A DNA stretch of 64,000 nucleotides, from positions 392,520-456,519 of the forward strand of contig NIVC01000112.1 of NCBI GenBank assembly GCA_002269645.1, in the 5' to 3' direction. This stretch comes from Macrostomum lignano (Eukaryota). The translations under genes and the position numbers were made by a program. Shown in pieces: positions 62,690 through 64,000 of the stretch (the first letter of the stretch is position 1; every line of letters starts with the position of its first letter). The notes beneath the pieces were generated by a model. The model was given only the letters and a program-made list of their open reading frames with translations. It did no database searches and was not told the DNA's origin.

Positions 62690-62930
62690 AAACTATTTTA
62701 AAAACCCCATATACGTCGTAATAAAATCCTCAAATCCCAAATAGAAAATCCCCAAATCCCAAAATCAAATTACTCCCAAATCCCATAGAAATCCTCATAT
62801 CCCAAATAGAAAATCCCCAAATCCCCAAATCAAATTACTCCCAAATCCCATAGAAATCCTCATATCCCAAATAAAAATCCCCAAATCCCAAATCAAATTA
62901 TTCCCATATAAACTGCTCGAATCCCAGGTC
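62690..62930. repeat. Degenerate C/A-rich repeat (aaatccccaaatcc...)
   Basis: Intron 9 of SIN3. Confidence 0.75.
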
Positions 62931-62957
62931 ATAAAACCCGCTAACCTCCCCAACCAG

Positions 62958-63365
62958 GCCCGAACAAGCGAGCTATTCCAAGGCGTTACCTACTGGGATC
63001 AGATGGAGATTCGCGGAGTCAGCAAGCGCGCCTGCGTCCTCATGTACGCCACCGGCTGCGAGAGCGTCTTCTACAGGTCCGGCCAGCTGGCCTGCGCCAA
63101 AGCCACCCACCGGGCCGTCACCCAGGCTAAGCGGGCCCGGCTCGCTGATTGGCTGGCCCGGCCAACCAATCGGGAGCGGCTGGCTGGGGACGCGGCCTGC
63201 CGGGCGTGGCTGCTGGGCCAGGCGGCTGAGGACAATCGGCCCGGCCTGCGGACCAGCCGCATCATGCTGAGCCCGGGCTCCACCGGACCGCCATACCACT
63301 CCTATAACCGCTACAGGACCGTGGTAGAGCACCCGCCCCGCCGCCGGCCCCGCCGGAATCGCTGA
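62958..63365 (+). CDS. SIN3: SIN3 exon 10 (last coding exon)
   Basis: cccaaccag|GCC; QMEIRGVSKRACVLMYATGCESVFYR resembles the Sin3 C-terminus; ends in TGA. Confidence 0.82.
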   Translation, partial: ARTSELFQGVTYWDQMEIRGVSKRACVLMYATGCESVFYRSGQLACAKATHRAVTQAKRARLADWLARPTNRERLAGDAACRAWLLGQAAEDNRPGLRTSRIMLSPGSTGPPYHSYNRYRTVVEHPPRRRPRRNR

Positions 63366-63634
63366 CAACTGAGGTCAAGACGGAGACGGAGCCGCATTCC
63401 GAGCCTGCAGCTGGCCAACCTGGCCAGTTCGAACCCGAGACCCCCGCCGCCGATACTGTTGCCAGCAGAGAGGAGGTTGATGAGGACAATAAGAATGGCG
63501 AGACTGCGAAAGTGGAGGCTGAGGAATCTGCGGCTGATAATGATAGCTAGTGATTTTTGTTAATTTATGCCAATGTTTTCTTAAGTGCTGTCCGTTGCTA
63601 TCAGTGCAGCTGGGGCTTTTTAGAACTTGCTACC

Positions 63635-64000
63635 CACCACTTCAGGCCCTTCATTTGTAGCTGACATCACTTTCAGGCCCTTCATCGTAGCCGACACCAC
63701 CTTCAGGCCCTTCATTTGTAGCTGACACCTCCTTCAGGCCCTTCATTTGTAGCTGATACCACCTTCAGGCCCTTCATTCGTAGCTGACACCACCTTCAGG
63801 CCCTTCATTTGTAGCTGACACCACCTTCAGACCCTTCATTTGTAGCTGACACCACCTTCAGGCCCTTCATTCGTAGCTGACACCACCTTCAGGCCCTTCA
63901 TTCGTAGCTGACACCACCTTCAGGCCCTTCATTCGTAGCTGACACCACCTTCAGGCCCTTCATTTATAGGTGACACTACCTTCAGGCCCTTCATTCGTAG
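63635..64000. repeat. 30-31-bp minisatellite (ttcaggcccttcatt(t/c)gtagctgacaccacc)n, runs off the window
   Basis: Tandem units read directly. Confidence 0.93.

Overview
Eukaryotic (animal) genomic DNA. The satellite-packed introns and GC-rich, Ala/Gln-rich exons suggest a free-living flatworm such as Macrostomum; this is inference only. Four host genes are supported. (1) A minus-strand LZTS/Fez1-family coiled-coil gene with 4 exons, 1317-9043. (2) A single-coding-exon teashirt/tiptop zinc-finger gene, 27598-29217. (3) A 10-exon SIN3 corepressor gene, 43697-63365. (4) A near-complete voltage-gated Na+ channel (Nav1/para-like, DEKA filter) nested antisense in the 10.5-kb SIN3 intron 5, 50994-56877. 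The channel has only one 82-bp intron, two frame-breaking lesions and pore residues predicting reduced TTX sensitivity. Mobile DNA includes an intact RTE-clade LINE with a 10-bp TSD, a 2.5-kb solo-LTR-like element with a full Pol II promoter 290 bp upstream of the SIN3 ATG, two tRNA-derived SINEs (one CORE-type) and several hAT/MULE-like MITEs with clear TSDs. About 25 mini/microsatellite arrays generate most of the long ORFs in the track, which are artefacts. Unique islands around teashirt carry a cluster of exact Pbx-Hox (TGATTTATG) and TCF (CCTTTGAT) motifs.
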